This document shows positions 57,074 through 64,000 of a DNA stretch of 64,000 nucleotides, piece by piece (position 1 is the first letter of the stretch; each line of letters opens with the position of its first letter). Under the pieces are notes generated by a model. The model had not been told where the DNA came from. It ran no database searches and was given only the letters and a program-made list of their open reading frames with translations. A program made the position numbers and the translations under genes. Source of the DNA: Candidatus Taenariivivens baikalensis (GTDB taxonomy: Bacteria > Omnitrophota > Omnitrophia > Omnitrophales > Aquincolibacteriaceae); the NCBI GenBank assembly GCA_009691445.1, contig SICL01000007.1, positions 6,916 to 70,915 on the forward strand, given 5' to 3'.

Positions 57074-57553
57074 TCAAATTCTTTTTTCCTTCTTGAGCAA
57101 GCTGAGCAGGTAAAGACCGACGCCTATTGAAATCGCGGTATCGGCAACATTAAAAACAGGCCAGACCCTGAAATCCAGAAAATCAATCACATAGCCGTGG
57201 TGGACACGGTCAATCCAGTTACCGAGCGCTCCTCCGAGGATCAGGCCAAAGGCCCATCGGGTCAAAAGCGAAAGATCCATCACGTGGCGACTGAAAAGGA
57301 AAAGGACAAAAAGACTGGCTGTAATCGCAATGAGAAGCAAGGATTCGTGATTGTGAAAAAGACCAAAGGCAATCCCTTTATTGTAAACAAGAGTGAAATG
57401 AAAGAATCCCGGAAGAATCGCAATAGACGGTTGCGACTCAAGATACGCGACCGCAAGGCTCTTGGTAAATTGATCGGCTAAAAAAACCAGCCCGACGAGG
57501 AGGTAAAACAGGATTAGAGACGTTTTGAATTCTTCTCTTCTTCTTCTTGGCAT
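57074..57553 (-). CDS. lspA: Lipoprotein signal peptidase II
   Basis: FTLVYNKGIAFGLF; catalytic region FNVADTAISIGVGL; ~160 aa from the internal start MPRRRREEF. Confidence 0.85.
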   Translation of the reverse strand: MPRRRREEFKTSLILFYLLVGLVFLADQFTKSLAVAYLESQPSIAILPGFFHFTLVYNKGIAFGLFHNHESLLLIAITASLFVLFLFSRHVMDLSLLTRWAFGLILGGALGNWIDRVHHGYVIDFLDFRVWPVFNVADTAISIGVGLYLLSLLKKEKRI

Positions 57554-57966
57554 GGAATGCAAAGACGGGCGTGAGGAATGGCCATCAGCCGCTTTTGAGG
57601 AATGGGTTTTGAACAATTTTCACAAGTCCCGAAGGTACCTTCTTTGATTTTATGGAGCGCAACATCAATCATATTCAAATACTGCTGCTCATTAGAAGCC
57701 AGACCAATATTGAATTCCATGTCAAAATTATCCGTAGCGACATCAGCCATATGAAGAGAATATCCGGAAAGATCTCCTGCAGAATCGCGCTGGGACTTCT
57801 TGAAAGAGCCCTCTTCCAAATGCTCAAGTCCCCCGGCAATCTTGCGGCGGATTTCTAAAAGCGCCGTTCGGTAAGGCTCAAGCTCTTTGCGCACAGGCGC
57901 ATTGATGGCCAGCGGCTGAGGTTTACTTTCAGGTTTCTGAGGGACTACCAATTTTTTCTTTTTCAT
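57514..57966 (-). CDS. DksA/TraR-family C4 zinc-finger protein
   Basis: C-terminal CENCSKPIPQKRLMAIPHARLCIPC (CxxC-N17-CxxC) preceded by a coiled region. Confidence 0.7.
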   Translation of the reverse strand: MKKKKLVVPQKPESKPQPLAINAPVRKELEPYRTALLEIRRKIAGGLEHLEEGSFKKSQRDSAGDLSGYSLHMADVATDNFDMEFNIGLASNEQQYLNMIDVALHKIKEGTFGTCENCSKPIPQKRLMAIPHARLCIPCQEEEEKNSKRL

Positions 57967-58049
57967 AATGTCTCAAATCGGGGGGCATTATACCGATAGG
58001 TGGGGGACGGTGCAAGTCTTAGTTCGTAATATAAATTTCCACGGCTGAC

Positions 58050-60782
58050 TCATTTCTGATCCTCTGTTCTGCTTTGCAAAACGTCAAGTTCCCGTTCTAT
58101 CACCCGTAAATCTTGTGCTAAAAGCGCAGGACCTGAACTGAAATCGGACACAAAAATATGAAAAACAGCTTTACTGGGCGATCTAAAGAAAAGGTTTTCA
58201 GGAGCTAACACATGAAGCTGATCCCCGGCTGATACGAGCTGCCACCCGAACGAACTCCCTGAAGTAGTTCCTGGATTCTCAAGAATACCGAGAAATTTTC
58301 CGAAGGTATTTCGACTTTGATTCGCATCGTAAAGATAGACTGCGCCCCTTCCTGTTTCTGGGTTTCCAATCGCAATCTGATGATTGTTAAACACCGCCAG
58401 GCTTTTGCCAAATCCTTGACCCGGCGAGCCTAACGGGATATGAAACGTGTGGATCAGTTCGCCAAAGCTTGGCCTGCTGGGATCGCCTTCAAACAGATAA
58501 ACATCGCCGTCCTTAGTGAACTGACCACCCACGAGGATATCGTTGCCGACCACTTCAATGGAGTAACCAAAACGGTTAAAGCGCTGCGGCGAAGGATCCT
58601 TGAAGCTATGAATGAGGTTACCAAATTTTGGACTAGCAGGATTAGCATCAAACAGATAAACAACTCCTTCATTATCTTCTGTCGCATCCTGTCCGTTTGC
58701 CCCAATCAAAAGAAAATCTCCAAAAGCTTTGAGTGTATTTCCAAAATTATCTCCCCAACTATCCTCAGACCCCGGTGCAGGATTTTTAAACACATGGATG
58801 AGTTGGCCGAAATTCGGATTTCCCTTTTGTCCATTGTAAAGATAAACCACATTCTGCTCACCGGCTACGTCCCCTGCAGTAATGGCAATGTTTCCTCCGA
58901 CTATTTCAATGGATTCACCAAACCAGCCGGGCGATGTCGCTGGCGCAGTCAACGTGTGTATTAACTTGCCATAGGTCGAGCTTTTTGGATTAGCCTCGTA
59001 AAGATACACACTCCCTGCATTAAAACCTGCTTCATCCGAAAGGGGCGCGCTGACCAAATAATAATCATCCTGCTTCACCGCAACGGCGAGGCCGAAGCGG
59101 TCATATTGCCCAATGTCAGGATTTTTTAACTCAACCAAAACTTTCCCGAATGTTCCGCTCTTAGGATCTGTATCCAGGATGTAAGCCGCACCAGATTCTG
59201 TATTTCCATTGATTGTAGTCAGATCCGCACCCGCCAAGACTCTTCCGATTCCGGCGTCGGCTAGCGAGTTCCCGGAACCTAAAAGTCCAAGCAAGCTGGG
59301 TTGCTCAATCGCAAGAATTTCTTTGAGGTTAAAAGGCGCCGCATTGCTTGAGGCCTCAGACTTGGGCGGCATCGAAGGAGTTTCAGGCACCACCGGTGGC
59401 TGAGTTTGAATCGGCTGCTTATTATCGAAACCCATCAAAAGCTCAACAAAACCTTTAGGATGATCTTTAAGATCATTCATTGCAAATGTGACCGAGCGGA
59501 TCTGTGAAAAATTCACTTTCGGGAACCGTCTTCGAACTTCATCCGTCACTGGGATAGATGTCGGCCATACCGTCCCCCCCAAGAGATTCATCCCCCAAGT
59601 AATTGTATCTCCCTCGTCATCTTTATACTCGATAAGAAAGCAGCTGTTTTGACAGCTGATATCCGTATGAAGTCCAAAAATGATTCCTTGTATGTCTCGC
59701 GGCTGATCCTTGAATTCAATGCGCAGACCTGATAATCCGTCTGTATTCTTAGAATCAAATTCCCACTTAACGTGATCTTCATTCAGTTCAACAATCCGGG
59801 TTCCGGCATCCTTATTTCCAGCCGCGGCACCAAAGGGCTCAATCGTATAATTCCCGTTAAATCGATTTACCGGATAAGTGATAAAGTTCTGCATCTCATC
59901 GGTCAGGACCCAAATCAATTTTTCTGAAACTTGTACAATCACCGCATCGGAACTACCCTTCTCGAATCGAACCAGTTTCAGCTCGCCATCAATCTGGTGA
60001 ATTTTTGTGAGATTTCGAAAATTAATTATATTCGCTTTTGAACCTGACGAAGATTTCGTTCCATAAACAATAACGTTCGCGTCCGATGAGATATCAAGAA
60101 CACCGTTAAAAGTTGTGCCGGTTGGCAATGTAATGGTGGTCAATGATTTACCCGTTGCGGATGCCGTAATCCGTATCTCATTTCCGACAACACGGTATAC
60201 ATAAGTCGAATTTGAAGACACTTTGATACCCGGAGAGGGAGGAACAAGATCTGCTAGTTTGAAACTGACGCGAAAAAAACGTGCGGGTTTTGAAGCAAAA
60301 TCATCCGGTGTCCATGTGAGAAGTTCCGGGCCCTTGGTTGAAAAGGAGCGCTCCTCTTTCCAGTCAGAGCTTCCCAAATTCGTAGTGCTTTGGATAGAGT
60401 AAGTACCTGCTTCATTTGCCTTGATTTCAAGGGCAATGCCAGACCCAGCAGGATTGCGCTTAATTAGGAATTTCACAGCCTGTGTAGTTCCGGAATTCGC
60501 TGCATTGGCACTAACAGTTTGAGCCTGTTTTGCTATATTTTTCTCGACGTCTGCAGCTGTTGGCTGGGACAGCGGATTAGTGCCGGGGAAAGGCGGAAGC
60601 GGGAGATCGTTGCGGCCTTGCGGAATAGTGCCGGCAACTTCAGAAATACTTTTCTCGGGCTGGAAATCACGAATGGGGACAGCCGATGGCATCTCAGCTA
60701 GCAAGCTCGGCGTGATTAAAATAAATGAAAGAATGCAGGACAATACTTTTGTGAAAATGGAAGCAGCAGTATAAACCTTCAT
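58050..60782 (-). CDS. Large secreted FG-GAP-repeat (integrin-alpha-like beta-propeller) protein, 910 aa
   Basis: Signal peptide. Six spaced blades of the type (T/S/N)FGK(L/V)(I/L)H.(F/L).(N/A)P ... (R/W/N/G)FG.(S/A)(V/I)..(V/G)..(D/N): TFGKVLVELKNP..RFGLAVAVKQDD, TYGKLIHTLTAP..WFGESIEIVGGN, NFGQLIHVFKNP..NFGNTLKAFGD, KFGNLIHSFKDP..RFGYSIEVVGND, SFGELIHTFHIP..GFGKSLAVFNN, TFGKFLGILENP..SFGWQLVSAGD. Confidence 0.65.
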   Translation of the reverse strand: MKVYTAASIFTKVLSCILSFILITPSLLAEMPSAVPIRDFQPEKSISEVAGTIPQGRNDLPLPPFPGTNPLSQPTAADVEKNIAKQAQTVSANAANSGTTQAVKFLIKRNPAGSGIALEIKANEAGTYSIQSTTNLGSSDWKEERSFSTKGPELLTWTPDDFASKPARFFRVSFKLADLVPPSPGIKVSSNSTYVYRVVGNEIRITASATGKSLTTITLPTGTTFNGVLDISSDANVIVYGTKSSSGSKANIINFRNLTKIHQIDGELKLVRFEKGSSDAVIVQVSEKLIWVLTDEMQNFITYPVNRFNGNYTIEPFGAAAGNKDAGTRIVELNEDHVKWEFDSKNTDGLSGLRIEFKDQPRDIQGIIFGLHTDISCQNSCFLIEYKDDEGDTITWGMNLLGGTVWPTSIPVTDEVRRRFPKVNFSQIRSVTFAMNDLKDHPKGFVELLMGFDNKQPIQTQPPVVPETPSMPPKSEASSNAAPFNLKEILAIEQPSLLGLLGSGNSLADAGIGRVLAGADLTTINGNTESGAAYILDTDPKSGTFGKVLVELKNPDIGQYDRFGLAVAVKQDDYYLVSAPLSDEAGFNAGSVYLYEANPKSSTYGKLIHTLTAPATSPGWFGESIEIVGGNIAITAGDVAGEQNVVYLYNGQKGNPNFGQLIHVFKNPAPGSEDSWGDNFGNTLKAFGDFLLIGANGQDATEDNEGVVYLFDANPASPKFGNLIHSFKDPSPQRFNRFGYSIEVVGNDILVGGQFTKDGDVYLFEGDPSRPSFGELIHTFHIPLGSPGQGFGKSLAVFNNHQIAIGNPETGRGAVYLYDANQSRNTFGKFLGILENPGTTSGSSFGWQLVSAGDQLHVLAPENLFFRSPSKAVFHIFVSDFSSGPALLAQDLRVIERELDVLQSRTEDQK

Positions 60783-61001
60783 AAGCGGGTCTCCTTGTTT
60801 GGGAAATTAAGGGGATAGAATAGGCTTTCCGGAAAACGCTTTCAATAGAGATTTGGAGATAGGTACAGAACTTGAAAAATATTAGCTACATTCCTATCAT
60901 TTCTTTAAATAAATAGTTTGGAAAACCCAGGTTCTTCAAAGTGCAACACAATGAGATTCGCAGTCTCTGCGCAGAATATTGAAGGTCATGGACAAAGAAG
61001 A

Positions 61002-62360
61002 CTAATGAGAGGAACGAGAGAGAGATTCTTCTTCGAGAAAAAAGCCGACGCCGCGTTTGATCATATTTTCTTTGAGGGCACGGATAAAAGCCTCCACCAC
61101 TTCAGAATCAAAATGAGCTCCTCCGCAGCGGCGGAGTTCCTCCATCGCCACTTCCACCGGCCTCCCCTTGCTGTAACAGCGGGTCGAGACAATCGCGTGA
61201 AAGGCATCCACCACCGCGATAATTCGAGACTCCACGGGAATGGCCTGCCCTTTGATACCGCGGGGATAACCGGAGCCGTCAAATTTTTCGTGGTGGCAGC
61301 GGATAATCTCAGCCACTTCCTTGAAATCGGTTAGATGCTCAAGCATCTTCGCGCCTCTTTGGGCATGGGTTTTCATAATTTCCCATTCGTCCGGATCAAG
61401 CTTGGCCGGCTTATTCAAAATCTTGTCAGGAATCGCGATCTTTCCCACATCGTGAAGAATCAACGAAGCGGATAAAATATCTTTCTTCCGGCCGGTGAGA
61501 TCGTAGCCCATCGATTCCGCCGTCATCATTCCCAGCCGCTCAACCTGGTGAATATGTCCGTAGGTGTAAGGGTCCTTGGCGTAAATTTGCTGACCCAGCG
61601 TACGCAGGACTTCATAATAAGTATCGTGCTCTTTTTGACGCAGCCTCTTGGTCTCACGGATCTGTTTTTCAAGTTCAGCGTTCTGACGGAGCAGGCATTG
61701 ATGAAACTCAGCGGTCTTGATCGCCATCGAACAATCCTGAGCCAGCACCTGGACAAACCCGATCTCCTCGGCCGTAAAACAGCGGCGGCTTACTTTTTCT
61801 CCGAGGAGAAGCAGCCCCAGAAGATTTCCTTTAAAATAACTGGGGATCACAAGATCCGCTTTCATCATCTGCATCGCCTTCATCACCTGATTCATGAGCT
61901 GGATCACTGTTTCTGTATTCGGCTTGTGGGCAAGCGCGGTCATCTGTCTCTTTAAATCAGGAAGGTAGATGTGATCGTGTTTGAAATATTTACGGCGCAT
62001 CCGGTTTTGGAACCAAAAAATGAGCGGATGATTGGCGTCGACTTTAATCAGACCCAGCGGAATCTTTTTATCGCCCTTGGAATCAATGAAAATAAAACGC
62101 TGTTTAGATTCTTCAAAAACAAGAAGCGAAGTGTGTGTGACGGAAACCTCGCGGTCAATCAGCCGCGTGACGAGTTTAACAAGCCGCTCAGGTTTCCGCA
62201 GACGAACCATCGTCCGGGCCACATCGCTCAGGACCTTTTGATAGTTGAGGGATTTCGACCGAATCAACGCACTGGGAGCTGCGATCACTTTTAAAATCGG
62301 ATGGCGGCGGCCGCTAACGTTTAGCAAGGTGTTCAATTTTATCCTGGACATCTTTTTCAA
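61002..62360 (-). CDS. HD-GYP phosphodiesterase with N-terminal GAF-like sensory domain
   Basis: Canonical motifs ILHDVGKIAIPD and HHEKFDGSGYPRGIKG. The N-terminal ~200 aa has a GAF-like fold pattern. Confidence 0.8.
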   Translation of the reverse strand: MKKMSRIKLNTLLNVSGRRHPILKVIAAPSALIRSKSLNYQKVLSDVARTMVRLRKPERLVKLVTRLIDREVSVTHTSLLVFEESKQRFIFIDSKGDKKIPLGLIKVDANHPLIFWFQNRMRRKYFKHDHIYLPDLKRQMTALAHKPNTETVIQLMNQVMKAMQMMKADLVIPSYFKGNLLGLLLLGEKVSRRCFTAEEIGFVQVLAQDCSMAIKTAEFHQCLLRQNAELEKQIRETKRLRQKEHDTYYEVLRTLGQQIYAKDPYTYGHIHQVERLGMMTAESMGYDLTGRKKDILSASLILHDVGKIAIPDKILNKPAKLDPDEWEIMKTHAQRGAKMLEHLTDFKEVAEIIRCHHEKFDGSGYPRGIKGQAIPVESRIIAVVDAFHAIVSTRCYSKGRPVEVAMEELRRCGGAHFDSEVVEAFIRALKENMIKRGVGFFLEEESLSRSSH

Positions 62361-62694
62361 GATATTCGAGACTTAAAGGTTTTGTGATGTAATTATCTGC
62401 GCCGTAACGAAGCGCCTTTTCAATCTTGTCGTGTGTTTCAAGCGCTGTCACCATAATCACTTTGATTTGCGGGTATTTGTGTTTGATCCATTTTAAGGTT
62501 TCCAGGCCATCCAGCTCACCCGGCATCTGAACATCAAGAAGCACGACATCCGGTTGTATTTTTTCGACCGTCTGAATGGCTTCATCCCCCGAATGAGCAA
62601 TCGCGACCAGATAATCCCGCTCCTCAAAAAAGGTGCGCAGAAACTCGCAAATCTCCACCTCATCATCAACGATCAGTAATTGCTTGTTCATCAA
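62314..62694 (-). CDS. Single-domain response regulator (CheY-like receiver)
   Basis: LLIVDDEVEICEFLRTFF..DVVLLDVQMPGELDGLETLKWIK..IKVIMVTA (phospho-acceptor Asp in LLDVQMP; conserved T and K present). Confidence 0.8.
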   Translation of the reverse strand: MMNKQLLIVDDEVEICEFLRTFFEERDYLVAIAHSGDEAIQTVEKIQPDVVLLDVQMPGELDGLETLKWIKHKYPQIKVIMVTALETHDKIEKALRYGADNYITKPLSLEYLEKDVQDKIEHLAKR

Positions 62695-62788
62695 AACCTC
62701 CGCCGTCTCAAAATCAGGGACAGGTCCCAGATACGTACGTTATCTTTATCAATTAATTTTAAAAATTCTCAATGGACACTCTTCACGA

Positions 62789-64000
62789 TCACAAAGTTGA
62801 TGGAACCTGTCCTTGGGCCATCTCACGGGATGGTGAAAGAGAAAACGTTTCCTCTTTGGTCACGGCCGCCTCCGTACAAGGAAGCTGAATCATAAAAAGA
62901 GTTCCCTCACCCACACGGCTTTCAGCCCGGATGGAGCCGCCGTAGCGATGAATAATCTGTTTCGTGACAAAAAGACCAAGCCCTACGCCGTCCTGGCGCG
63001 TCGTAAAAAACGGATTAAAAAGCCGGTGAATATTTTCCCTGGAAATTCCAGGGCCGCTATCCAGCACAAGAATTTCGATCAGACTTTCGTGATCCAGATA
63101 ATTGATTTCGCAATGGACTTTGCCGCCCTTCGATCCCAGCGACTGAACAGCATTCAAGGTTAAGCTTAAAAAAACTTCCCTCATCTCGTGAAGATTGCCC
63201 ACGAACACCGGCACCGGCCCTCGAGAAGAACTCGTGATACGAATTCCCTCCAGGGAAGTCTGATACGAAACCAGGGCAAGGGTATCACTTAAGACCTGAA
63301 CCAGATTCAAGGGTTCCCGGGATGCCCCCGCCCCTTGAGAAAACATTAAAAGCTTCCTAGTGATATCGGCAGCGCGTTTGGTTTGCTGTACGATTGTTTT
63401 TAAAACATCCTCCACCTGATCGCTCATCCCTGTCTTTTCCTTTTTAAGAAGCAGGACCTGGGCCTTGCCGGAAATGATGGTCAAAGGATTGTGAATCTCG
63501 TGGGCAATCCCGGTGGCGAGCTGTTCGATCGCGGCCATTTTGGTGGTTTGAACCAACGCAGACTGAGAGTCCTGAAGTGTTTTATTGGCCTGCTCCAGTT
63601 CATAAAATTGACGCGCATTGCGGACACTGGGCGCAACCGCTTCCGAAAATTCTCGAAAAAATTGAAAATCGGCTTCGTCAAATATACTTTCCGGGCTGGG
63701 AGCGGCAAATCCAAGAGCCCCGACAAGTTCGGATTTTACAAAAAGAGGAATCACCCAGCTTGCGTGGAGCTGGGTAAAATCATGAGAAATTCGGTTCGCA
63801 TCCAGCCAGGCAAGCGAACGGACCACTCGGTCACGAACCAGCACGTGCGGCCCCGTGGAGCGGATGATTTCGATGAGCGCTGAATCATACGGAAGCCAGA
63901 CCCGTTTGGTCTCAGAAACATTCCAGCCATAACCGGAAACAACATCAAAGGTCTGCTGGGGAGGACAATGCGCCAGAAGCACCACGGTTTTCAGATGCAG
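62789..64000 (-). CDS. Sensor histidine kinase with GAF domain (N-terminus beyond window edge)
   Basis: H-box HEIHNPLTIISGKAQVL; N-box and G-boxes ...LDSGPGISRENIHRLFNPFFTT...GLGLFVTKQIIHRYGGSIRAESRVGEGTLF. The reading frame is open to position 64000; the ORF-track GTG start at 63985 is probably not the true start. Confidence 0.75.
   Translation of the reverse strand: MHLKTVVLLAHCPPQQTFDVVSGYGWNVSETKRVWLPYDSALIEIIRSTGPHVLVRDRVVRSLAWLDANRISHDFTQLHASWVIPLFVKSELVGALGFAAPSPESIFDEADFQFFREFSEAVAPSVRNARQFYELEQANKTLQDSQSALVQTTKMAAIEQLATGIAHEIHNPLTIISGKAQVLLLKKEKTGMSDQVEDVLKTIVQQTKRAADITRKLLMFSQGAGASREPLNLVQVLSDTLALVSYQTSLEGIRITSSSRGPVPVFVGNLHEMREVFLSLTLNAVQSLGSKGGKVHCEINYLDHESLIEILVLDSGPGISRENIHRLFNPFFTTRQDGVGLGLFVTKQIIHRYGGSIRAESRVGEGTLFMIQLPCTEAAVTKEETFSLSPSREMAQGQVPSTL

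Noticed and set aside
1-64000. Searched for tRNA, rRNA, CRISPR arrays, transposases/IS, integrases, toxin-antitoxin pairs and restriction-modification genes
   Set aside because: None was recognised. Intergenic space is minimal, no cloverleaf-like or rRNA-like sequences were seen, no short direct-repeat arrays, and no DDE/tyrosine-recombinase or methyltransferase motifs (other than the UbiE SAM-MTase) in any ORF.

Overview
This 64-kb window has roughly 48% GC and is almost entirely coding. Nearly every gene is on the minus strand; the only plus-strand genes are 32436..35105 and 44497..45813. (1) Positions 1..16209 hold the N-terminal 5,403 codons of one giant minus-strand ORF that runs off the window edge and is absent from the supplied ORF track. 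It has a signal anchor, four LamG-like jelly-roll modules, and at least 44 tandem ~96-aa Kre9/KNH-like Ig-fold repeats. One ~2.0-kb block of 7 repeats is duplicated in tandem, and each copy carries an in-frame palindromic insertion. (2) Directly upstream and co-directional (14-bp gap) lies an orphan secretin module: an MshN-like TPR/coiled-coil protein, a GspD-type secretin, a GspC/PilP-like bitopic protein and two ExeA/MshM-like AAA ATPases, with a tail-anchored HD-GYP phosphodiesterase between the two ATPase genes. No pilins, GspE/PilB ATPase or platform genes are in the window. (3) Next come glycoconjugate genes (WecA/MraY-like GT4, WbqC-like, PIG-L deacetylase), a secreted metzincin-TPR fusion, three secreted hypotheticals and two paralogous small secreted proteins. 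(4) A housekeeping island follows: SurA_N chaperone, lpxD, folE, mrp/apbC, cysteine desulfurase. (5) Then a PEP-CTERM-type EPS export set (Wzc-like BY-kinase, Wza, outer-membrane beta-barrel, TPR protein) without an exosortase, a degenerate GGDEF (GGDDY) protein, an esterase, an O-antigen-ligase-like protein, a Cys-rich secreted protein and a CPBP protease. (6) A futalosine menaquinone cluster is present (MqnA/D-family, MqnE/C radical SAM, UbiX-like, UbiA-like, UbiE/MenG), followed by rluD, lgt, lspA, a DksA/TraR protein and a 910-aa FG-GAP beta-propeller protein. (7) At the right edge is a second HD-GYP, a CheY-like receiver and a GAF sensor histidine kinase (partial). A ~65-80-bp nested palindromic repeat (outer arms GTCATTGCGAG / CTCGCAATGAC, inner boxes GACGCGGCAATC / AGATTGCYKCG) recurs at six intergenic loci, always in the same orientation. 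The giant gene, the heavy TPR content and the gene set resemble Omnitrophota-like uncultivated bacteria; this attribution is inference. No rRNA, tRNA, CRISPR or obvious IS/transposase was found. All calls rest on motif recognition in my own reading of the translations; no database search could be run.
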